From Halieaceae bacterium (GTDB lineage: Bacteria; Pseudomonadota; Gammaproteobacteria; Pseudomonadales; Halieaceae): a stretch of DNA of 64,000 bases. Under the pieces are notes generated by a model. That model did not search any database. It was not told the DNA's origin and saw only the letters and a program-made list of their open reading frames with translations. The translations under genes were made by a program, and so were the position numbers. The stretch's first letter is position 1, and each line of letters opens with the position of its first letter. Shown piece by piece: positions 17,619 to 25,248 of this stretch. Where the stretch lies: positions 329,958 to 393,957 of the forward strand of contig CBDAQR010000003.1 in the NCBI GenBank assembly GCA_965199055.1, written 5' to 3'.

Positions 17619-18071
17619 TTATCGCTCTCGCGGATCGTATCCATCCTTAGGCGCGCCGGTCCCCGAGGAACCCATGAAGGCACGCTTGCCATCGGCGAGT
17701 GTAATGTCGCGACCGTTGGCTTTGCAGGCCGGATCGCAACTCTTGTTCTTCGCCTGGTAGCCACGCACCTTGATCTCGCTACCTATGGGTACCGAGTTCC
17801 GGTTGATACCGGCGCGCAGTAGAGTGTTCGGAGTACCCCCCTCGACCATCCAGGCCTGGGTACTGCCGTCGGGCTGCTCGGCCGCCAGGTGTATCCATGC
17901 ATGCGGGTTAATCCACTCCACCTTGGTGACCTTTCCCTGCAGGGAGACTGGAGCATCCTTGTCGAACTCTGCGGAAAACGCATGGTGGGCCCAGGCTCGC
18001 CAAGAAGCGACGACAATGACAGGTACAGCTAACAACAAAACTGTTTCTCGGGTCTTCATTGAAATCTTCAT
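17619..18071 (-). CDS. small exported protein C1 with predicted mature N-terminus HHAFSAEFD
   Basis: An AGGAG SD lies 7 nt before the ATG at 18071. The signal peptide ends AWA just before HH. C1 is a paralogue of 57066-57545. I cannot confirm a family name (I recall DUF6152-type annotation, unverified). Confidence 0.8.
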   Translation of the reverse strand: MKISMKTRETVLLLAVPVIVVASWRAWAHHAFSAEFDKDAPVSLQGKVTKVEWINPHAWIHLAAEQPDGSTQAWMVEGGTPNTLLRAGINRNSVPIGSEIKVRGYQAKNKSCDPACKANGRDITLADGKRAFMGSSGTGAPKDGYDPRER

Positions 18072-18075
18072 TTCT

Positions 18076-19041
18076 TCACTCCTGCTCTTCCTGCCGCGCG
18101 CCAGCCAGTATATTCGGCAATCCGTAATTACCTTCGTGGCAAGCGTACTCAAAAATGGGGCCATCGGACTTGCGCAGGGTCAATTCGCCCGCCCAATCCT
18201 GTGTGTAAATGTCCGGATCGGATATCTCGAAGCGATACACCATTTCGTTTTCGTTGATGCGGGTGAAGCGCTCCGTGACCTTCGTATCATCGCCCATCAT
18301 CAACTGGTGCTTGATTGCCAGGCGCAGGAATTGCTCGGGATGGAACTGAGTGGTCTCAACTACCAGAGTGTCGCCTTCCCAGCGGCCGATACTGTCTCCC
18401 AGCCAGGGTTGTATCTGCGGCGGCAGTCTTTCACCCCCTATGCGGAGCGTGCGCACATTGTGGTTCATTTCCACCAGTATCATCACGTGCCCCGGCGACT
18501 GGGCAAACTGATAGTTGTTGTTGTACAGCACCGGCAACATGGGTGGACCGCCGGTGGAGCCAAAGCCCACGGTGCAGCGCTCTCCCTCGGGGCGCTCTTC
18601 GGGATTGTCGGCGAAGTTCAGCAGCTTGTAGGCGTTCCAATAGAAACGTAGCTGTTGATGCCACTTATAAGGTATCTGGCCGTCTGCTGGCTCAACGATA
18701 ATGGAACCGCGCGCTTCTCCGCGTACGCGCAGCGCTTTACTGCCCGGGTCCATCCAGAAGCTGTTGTAGCCGCCAATATCACCGCCGGCCTCGAGATCGC
18801 CTTCGCCCACGTTATCGACCGACTCCATCATCTCTTCCATGCCGTTTTCGACGAAGCGTGCCTCTTCCTCGGTCAGCACCAGGTTAGGCAGTTCATCCGG
18901 TCGCTCCAGGGTCGTTACTGTCGCCGTGGTCCATATCCCCTGCATGTCGGGGTCGCCCCAAGGCATTCTCTGCAACTCCCAGTCTGCAGCCAGGCTTGCG
19001 GGAGCCACCAGGAGCAAAACGATAGAAGCTGTTCTAAGCAT
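18076..19041 (-). CDS. exported uncharacterised protein B1
   Basis: It has a signal peptide MLRTASIVLLLVAPASLA. Its conserved blocks are GGYNSFW, FGSTGGPPMLP, WEGDTLVVETT, VTERFTR and EYACHEGNY. It is a paralogue of 56006-57064. Confidence 0.85.
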   Translation of the reverse strand: MLRTASIVLLLVAPASLAADWELQRMPWGDPDMQGIWTTATVTTLERPDELPNLVLTEEEARFVENGMEEMMESVDNVGEGDLEAGGDIGGYNSFWMDPGSKALRVRGEARGSIIVEPADGQIPYKWHQQLRFYWNAYKLLNFADNPEERPEGERCTVGFGSTGGPPMLPVLYNNNYQFAQSPGHVMILVEMNHNVRTLRIGGERLPPQIQPWLGDSIGRWEGDTLVVETTQFHPEQFLRLAIKHQLMMGDDTKVTERFTRINENEMVYRFEISDPDIYTQDWAGELTLRKSDGPIFEYACHEGNYGLPNILAGARQEEQE

Positions 19042-19054
19042 TTCGTCTATCCCC

Positions 19055-19879
19055 TCAGTCCAGTGGTTCATTGCGCAGGTGCCCGTACATCAGCTCCTCC
19101 ACGAATGGCACGCAATTGAATTGCAAAATACGGTCGTCGGCACCAACGCGTTTATAGAGGTTCATGCTCAGCGTCCAGGGCTGCGTATAGACCTTTTCAT
19201 CCTCCAGAGTCGCCTCGTAGCGCATGGTGTGCTCGCTAGTACGGGTAAATCGCTCGGTGACCTTGAGCTTCTCACTGTGGAAATTCCCCGCGCGGTCGAG
19301 CCAGGTCTGGTCGTTCTGCCCATCGGTATGTATCACCAGGGTATCGCCCTCCCACTCCGCCCAGGACTGGCGCATCCAGGAATCGATCGGTGCCGGGCCC
19401 GGATCGCTCAGCGCCACGTTGCGAACAGCGCCAGCATACTCATAGGAAAATACCAGCGCGTCCTTGTTATGAAAAATCTGAAAAGGGAATGACATATAGT
19501 TGGCCCGAGGGATACCGGGCAGATAACACTTGATCTCGGGATCTCGCTCCAGGTAGTTCGCCCGATTGTCATCGCGTTGCTTGAGCGCCCACTCCTGATA
19601 GGGAATCTTGCCTCCCTCCACATATCCGATACCACCCGGTACCGCACCCACAGCCCCCAGCGCGACCACTTCCTTAGCGGGCACCGGCACTACCGGACCT
19701 TCTCGCATCGCCAAGGCGGCGCGGGGCGCACTGGGTTCCAGATTGTAATTGGCGGTATTGAGCACCTGCCAGACACCATTAAGATCGGGTTTGCCGTCGG
19801 CGGTGCGCGCGGGCTCATAGTCCGCTGCAGCCAGTGCCGACCCGAGCAATATCAGCGATGTGATCAGGCTTCTCAACAT
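19055..19879 (-). CDS. exported uncharacterised protein A1
   Basis: GAGGA lies 5 nt before the ATG at 19879 (track start 19891). It has a signal peptide MLRSLITSLILLGSALA. Its conserved blocks are PDLNGVWQ, RDPEIKCYLPGIPR, DPGPAPIDSWM, WEGDTLV and TERFTR. It is a paralogue of 55141-55983. Confidence 0.85.
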   Translation of the reverse strand: MLRSLITSLILLGSALAAADYEPARTADGKPDLNGVWQVLNTANYNLEPSAPRAALAMREGPVVPVPAKEVVALGAVGAVPGGIGYVEGGKIPYQEWALKQRDDNRANYLERDPEIKCYLPGIPRANYMSFPFQIFHNKDALVFSYEYAGAVRNVALSDPGPAPIDSWMRQSWAEWEGDTLVIHTDGQNDQTWLDRAGNFHSEKLKVTERFTRTSEHTMRYEATLEDEKVYTQPWTLSMNLYKRVGADDRILQFNCVPFVEELMYGHLRNEPLD

Positions 19880-19896
19880 AGTGGTCCTCATATCTT

Positions 19897-21933
19897 TTAC
19901 TTATCGGAATCGTCTGGCAGCGCAAACGCGATGATGTGATCGCCTGGCGGCGCGCCGCCGGCCCAATGACCGCCCGCCGCAATAACTACGAACTGCTTTT
20001 GTCCGGGCCCGGTCTGGTAGGTCATGGGCACCGCATTGCCGGCGGTGGGCAGTCGCGCCTTCCACAACTCTTCACCGGTCTCAAGCGAGTATGCGCGCAG
20101 CGCGTGTTCATTGGCCACACCACTGAATACCAGGCCAGTATCGGTCATCATGGGGCCGCCGAATCCCGGCACCCCTTCGATCCACCAGAAAGGAAAGGGC
20201 GCCATATCTCTGGACGTACCCAGCGGAACACTCCACAGCGTTTTCCCGGCTTCGATATCGATGGCATCCAATGTCGCCCAGGGCGGCGCACTGCAGGGCA
20301 CCCCAAGGGGCGACATAATAAATCCGGTTTCAACACAGTAAGGCGTACCCGTTTGCGGCTGTCCTCTGCCTTCACAGTTTTCACGCGGGATGAGCCGCAA
20401 GCGACCGGCAACGCGGGTAGTGGCAACAACCATCACACCGGTATCGGGATGTATCGCCGGAGAGCCCCAGTTGTTACCACCGGCGTTCACCGGGTAGTGC
20501 ACCGTACCTTCCAGGGATGGGGGCGTGTAAATGCCTTCATTACGCATTTCTGACAAGGTATTGGCGCACGCTGCCTCATCGAACAGCACCATACCCCAGG
20601 CATCATCCGCCGTTAGCGGTGCATCGATGGTGTAGGGAATATGCGAGGGAAAAGGTTGGGTGGGCGATAGATACTCACCCTCTACCGCGCCTTCCTGCGG
20701 TACGGGTCTTTCCTCCACCGGCCACAGGGGCTCGCCCGTCTCTCGGTGAAAGGCAAAGGTCATCCCCATCTTCGTTACCTGCACCACAGCTGGCACTGTC
20801 TTGCCCTCCACACTCAGGTCGACCAGGGTGGGCTGTGCCGGTGTGTCATAGTCCCAGATGTCGTGATGCACCATCTGGTAATACCAGGCCACCTCGCCGC
20901 TTTCCCCGTGCAGGGCAACGGTGGAACTCGAATAATGATCCAAATCCCCCTCAACCAGTCTGCGATGTCCGCCGTAGTAATCCGGCGTGGTGTTGCCGGT
21001 TGGCAAAAACACCAGATCGCGCTCTTCATCCACCGAGATGATGGACCAGACACTAGTCGTACCGCTGCGCCAGGTGCCGTCTTCGTGTCTTGCATCCAAG
21101 CCAGGGGGCACTGGATTCCAGGCCCACAGCATTTCTCCACTGCGGACATCGAAGGCCTTAACCACACCCGCGGGTGAGGTGGTGCGCTGGTTGTCCAAGA
21201 CCATCGACCCCGTGATGATGCGATCACCCAGAATCGCCGGCGGCGATGTAATACCGTGCTCGGCCGAATGATGCTCGCTGAGACGGCCGCTGGTATCGAC
21301 CTGGCCCGCTTCACCAAAGTCAGGACAGGGCTTACCCGTTTCGGCATCCAGAGCTATGAGCCGCGCATCGAGCGTGCCCAGAATAATGCGGTGTTCACAG
21401 AAACCTTGCTCACCCGAGCGCCAGCTACTAACGCCACGGCAGTTGGGCAACACCGGCTCGGCATCCATATCGACCTGCGGATCAAAACTCCAGCGCTCCT
21501 GACCGGTGTTGGCATCCAGCGCAAACACTCGATTAAACGCGGTGCAGTAATACAGCGTGTCTTCAACGACGATAGGCGTGACCTGCAGCGAGCTCTGGCT
21601 GTGGCGACTACGTGAACCATGCCCTCCCTCTTCTTCCAGGGTCGGTTCACCCTCACCCCAGTAGGCTTCGCGAAAATCTCCGGAGCGATGCGTCCAGGCT
21701 ACTTCCAGTCGAGCGACATTGGCAGGGGTAATCTGGCTGGCGCGGGAAAAGTGTGTACCACCACCGGTGGCGCCGAATGCAGGCCAGTCGGCCACAACAT
21801 TGCGAGGCGCCGCTGCGGCCACTGCTTCATTACCGGCGTCAATACTGGCACCGCAAGCCACCAGTACTCCGGCTACAGGTATGGTTGCCGCCAACAGTAG
21901 TGATTGGGTGATCTGCTTAGCCCGCAGATTCAT
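19897..21933 (-). CDS. PQQ-dependent dehydrogenase, glucose/quinate/shikimate (Gcd) family, lipoprotein form without the N-terminal TM domain
   Basis: It has Gcd-type blocks (VAWTHRSGDF, TPIVVEDTLYYCTAFNRVFALDANTGQERWSFDP, VVKAFDVRSGEMLWAWNP) and the C-terminal GGHWAGGAPPGDHIIAFALP. The N-terminus is a signal peptide with lipobox LVAC. I chose the ATG at 21933. Confidence 0.88.
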   Translation of the reverse strand: MNLRAKQITQSLLLAATIPVAGVLVACGASIDAGNEAVAAAAPRNVVADWPAFGATGGGTHFSRASQITPANVARLEVAWTHRSGDFREAYWGEGEPTLEEEGGHGSRSRHSQSSLQVTPIVVEDTLYYCTAFNRVFALDANTGQERWSFDPQVDMDAEPVLPNCRGVSSWRSGEQGFCEHRIILGTLDARLIALDAETGKPCPDFGEAGQVDTSGRLSEHHSAEHGITSPPAILGDRIITGSMVLDNQRTTSPAGVVKAFDVRSGEMLWAWNPVPPGLDARHEDGTWRSGTTSVWSIISVDEERDLVFLPTGNTTPDYYGGHRRLVEGDLDHYSSSTVALHGESGEVAWYYQMVHHDIWDYDTPAQPTLVDLSVEGKTVPAVVQVTKMGMTFAFHRETGEPLWPVEERPVPQEGAVEGEYLSPTQPFPSHIPYTIDAPLTADDAWGMVLFDEAACANTLSEMRNEGIYTPPSLEGTVHYPVNAGGNNWGSPAIHPDTGVMVVATTRVAGRLRLIPRENCEGRGQPQTGTPYCVETGFIMSPLGVPCSAPPWATLDAIDIEAGKTLWSVPLGTSRDMAPFPFWWIEGVPGFGGPMMTDTGLVFSGVANEHALRAYSLETGEELWKARLPTAGNAVPMTYQTGPGQKQFVVIAAGGHWAGGAPPGDHIIAFALPDDSDK

Positions 21934-22142
21934 TAAAGCCCCCTGAATAATTATCGTTATGCGCACATACTCAAGATTCAAAAGTGTTACGCAGCGTTGG
22001 AGCCTTTGCAAGGAAAACATACCCAGCATTCTAATATGCTAAACCGCCGTTAAAGGCTATCTGTGTTTCACCCTCTTGATAGGGGGTTTCGCATACTGTA
22101 ACTTCGAAGATGATAAAAATAATTTCACAATGAGGTACACCC

Positions 22143-24554
22143 ATGGGCCGTATGAACCGCTCCATCCTCGCGCTACCCTTCGCCGCCCTGCCGCTCGCAA
22201 TCGCTTTGCAGGCACAAGCGCAGGATTCCGAAACCAGTTTGCAGCTCGAAGAAATTATCGTGACGGCAAGCCGCCGGGCGACGTCGCTGCAGGACACGCC
22301 TATCGCCGTAACGGCGTTTTCCCAGGGGATTCTGGAAGAGCTGAACGTCAACAGCCCATTTATGTACGAGGCGCTGGTACCCTCGCTGACCTACCAACAG
22401 TCGCCGAATCGGCTGTCGATTCGCGGCGTAGGACGATTCTCCAACTAACTCGGGACCGCCCCCGGTGTCGCCATCTACAATGATGGAATCTTCACCGCTG
22501 AAGCGACATCGCTTAGCACCCAGCCGATCAATATGGATCGGACCGAAATTCTGCGCGGCCCTCAGGGCACACTCTACGGCCGCAACACCACCGGTGGTGC
22601 AGTGAACATCATTTCCAAAAGGCCAACGGCAGAGTTTGGTGCCGACCTGCGAGTCAAAGTCGGAGAGGAAGACCTGCGCCAGTTTGCCGGAGTTGTGAGC
22701 GGCCCTCTCACGGATAGCTTTCGCTACAAACTGCACTACATCAATACCGAGCAGGATGGCCTGCAGGAAAATGTCGCAGGAGATGATTTCGGCAGTGAAG
22801 ACAGCTGGTATGCCGAAGCACAGATCGAATGGGACATTACTGACCGACTGCACCTGTGGGCTGAGTACTCTCGCTTCGAATATGACCGGGTACCCCGGGT
22901 GAACTGGGAGCAGGACGAGTACAACTGCGAAACCTTCTGGAATGGCCTCACAAAAAACTCACAATACCTCGCCTGCCAGAATGGTTTCGAGCGCGTCGGC
23001 ATCAATGACCCCAATAAGGAGGCCCGCAATGGCGAGGCCAAAGAAGAGCTGAACAATAATAACAGCATCACAGCTCGACTTTCGTTCGATCTCGAAGGTG
23101 CTGAACTGAGCTACCTGTTTGGCAAGGTCGAATACGACTACGACATTACAACCGACTCGGATGGCACCCAGGACACAACACCTGAGAACCAGATATTTTT
23201 ATCGGTAGGACAATATCAGGACCAAACCACCCACGAACTGCAGTTAATCTCTGACTGGGACAAGGACTGGAACTATGTTGTCGGGCTCTACTATTTCGAG
23301 GATAAAAACGAGCAGCCGTACTTAATCCACAATCCGGATAACCCAACCTTTTCTACCAGTACCGATCTTGCGGGCAACTTCTGGGACAACCCCCTGGGCG
23401 CGATCTATTACCAGGTCGGCGCGATCGACAACGAGTCGTGGGCCGTGTTCGGCGAGGTCGATTTCCCCATCGCCGAGAAGTGGACCATGACCCTCGGCGC
23501 CCGTTACTCCGAAGATGACTTCACCGGCTACGAGAGCCAGATCCGCTACTACAACCTGTTCCGGGAGTTCGGCGGCGTCGACCTGCCCTATGCACTGGAT
23601 GCCAGCGTCGAGCCTTTTGCCGGCGATTCAAGCCGCTATATCGGCAGCCCCTATGACGCCAAGCACGAGGACGACTTCAGTAATACCACCGGTAAGATCA
23701 CCCTGAGTTACCGTCCGGGTGACGCAACTCTGCTGTGGGGCACGCTTTCCAATGGGTACAAGATGGGGGGCACACGTCTGGGTGCCATGGAAGAGTTTTT
23801 TGCCGCAGAAGCCGGAGTAGTGGACGATGGCGAGTTCGATCAAGAAGAGGTGATTTTATATGAGATCGGCTGGAAAGACAGCTTCCTCGACAACACGCTG
23901 CAGACCGAGCTGGTCGGCTTCTTCTACGACTACGAAGATATGCAGCAGCTGCGAGGTTACCTGACACCGCCGCCTGCCTCTATCGGTCTCGATCAGGTAG
24001 TCAACGTGGACACCGAAATGTGGGGTATCGAGGCCAGCGGCACCTGGCTCGTGACCGACCACCTGCGCGCCATCATCTCTTACTCCTACAACGACACGGA
24101 AATCACCTCAGACGCATTTTTCAATGACACTGACTTCGGTGAACGGGACGAAGACGGCAATATCATTCCCACCAATGTGAAGGGCAACCAACTGCGCTTG
24201 ACCCCTGAACATAAGGCAGCCATCTCACTACACTATTTCTGGCCCACGCAGTACGGTGAGTTCACCCTAGGTGGCACTGGCTCCTATATGGACGATCGCT
24301 ACTTCGACATTTTCAATAACGATGAGGAAGGCAGCTATACCCGTGTCGACTTACAGGCATCGTGGACCAGCGTCAGCGAACGCTACGAAATCCTTGGCCT
24401 GGTGACCAATGCGACCGATGAAGAAGCATTTAACACCCACGGCTGCGGCACTCAGGGCACTGGCACCTATGGCACCTCGGATTTTGTTCTCACCTGCGGT
24501 GGCCGCGCCTTGGACAAGCGGCTTTGGGAAGTACAGTTCATCCTGAAGATCTAA
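22143..24554 (+). pseudogene. TonB-dependent receptor interrupted by a single in-frame TAA (22446-22448)
   Basis: ORFs 22143-22448 and 22533-24554 are in the same frame. Translation across the stop reads ...RLSIRGVGRFSN*LGTAPGVAIYNDGIFTAEATSLSTQPINMDRTEILRGPQGTLYGRN..., a continuous plug domain. Confidence 0.7.
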
Positions 24555-24602
24555 GCGAATACAGCTAAGCCGCGATAAGACGGCGCAAGCTGCGGAGACC
24601 TG

Positions 24603-24626
24603 GGGGGCATTAGCCCCCTTCTTTTT
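24603..24626 (+). terminator. rho-independent terminator after the receptor gene
   Basis: GGGGGC-atta-GCCCCC is followed by TTCTTTTT, about 50 nt after the stop at 24554. Confidence 0.75.
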
Positions 24627-24653
24627 GCCCGCCGTTTTTGTATTTTGGCCGCG

Positions 24654-25121
24654 CTACAGTTTCCTGCCCAGGCGCTTTTCGACCTCGCGCTTCTCCCAGT
24701 CATCGCCCCAGAAATCAAAGACCTCGAAGACCTGTAGTGCGTGACTGGCCAAGCCCAGCCCCCAGCCCATCGCCGGCCAGATCACCCAGAGATAGTCAGT
24801 GGTCGTGAGATTAACGAAGAGAAGGAAGGTCATCACCAGCACGTAACTGGCAGCATGGCTGTAAAAGCCCTTGAGATCGCGGACGTACTCAATGGCCTCT
24901 TTTTCTTCGTAACTTATGGAAGTGTCTTCGTTCATGATGGGCGGCTCTCCCTGCAATTCGCTGAAGTGCACATCAAAGACGGCGGCGATGGCCTTTAAGG
25001 TCTCAGTGCTGGCGGTATCGCCACGTTCCAGCCGCTGCACCGTACGAACACTGATGTCACACATCTCGGCTAACTGCTCTTGAGACCAGCCCCGCTGTAG
25101 CCTGAGTTTCCTGATGACCAT
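24654..25121 (-). CDS. XRE-family HTH protein fused to a C-terminal 2-TM domain
   Basis: It has MVIRKLRLQRGWSQEQLAEMCDISVRTVQRLERG (HTH_3-like) followed by two hydrophobic helices. I chose the internal ATG at 25121. Confidence 0.8.
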   Translation of the reverse strand: MVIRKLRLQRGWSQEQLAEMCDISVRTVQRLERGDTASTETLKAIAAVFDVHFSELQGEPPIMNEDTSISYEEKEAIEYVRDLKGFYSHAASYVLVMTFLLFVNLTTTDYLWVIWPAMGWGLGLASHALQVFEVFDFWGDDWEKREVEKRLGRKL

Positions 25122-25248
25122 AAAGGGCCTCCGTATTCGTAAGCCATAGTGACCGAAATGTGGACTATTGCGCCACGACATCCACCTGACACGTACCCGA
25201 CACCACAGATTTCATCATAGCTGTGGCCGAGACAAACAGCACAATCAA

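Noticed and set aside
17770-18651. There are long antisense ORFs in the track: 17770-18651 (+), 22173-22853 (-), 27720-28343 (-), 48486-49160 (-), 51417-52304 (+), 58953-59765 (+) and 10782-11384 (-).
   Set aside because: Each lies opposite a gene with a clear family signature. Their translations are Arg/Gly/Ala/His-rich with no motifs, no SD and no sensible start context. These are typical open antisense frames in high-GC DNA.
21945-21960. A second Fur-like AT-rich element, GAATAATTATCGTTAT, lies near the PQQ dehydrogenase gene.
   Set aside because: It lies only 12 nt upstream of the chosen start codon, inside the 5' UTR/RBS region rather than at a promoter. Its consensus match is poor (about 10 of 17).
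22107-22127. The AT-rich segment GAAGATGATAAAAATAATTTC upstream of the interrupted TonB receptor might be a Fur box.
   Set aside because: By eye it matches only about 12 of 19 positions of the GATAATGATAATCATTATC consensus, in the only AT-rich stretch of the spacer. Many receptors in this type of genome are not iron-regulated. That is not enough support to call it.
22446-22448. The in-frame stops at 22446 (TAA) and 61805 (TAG) might be programmed recoding for selenocysteine or pyrrolysine.
   Set aside because: Selenocysteine uses UGA with a SECIS hairpin, and neither stop is UGA. Pyrrolysine needs the pyl genes, which are not expected in this lineage. The TAG also sits where an ordinary Leu is expected in the decarboxylase family. 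Mutation or sequencing error is far more likely.
25203-25226. The hairpin CCACAG-N12-CTGTGG downstream of the fadB/J-like gene might be a terminator.
   Set aside because: It has a 6-bp stem with a 12-nt loop and no T-tract on the relevant (minus) strand. That is too weak to call.
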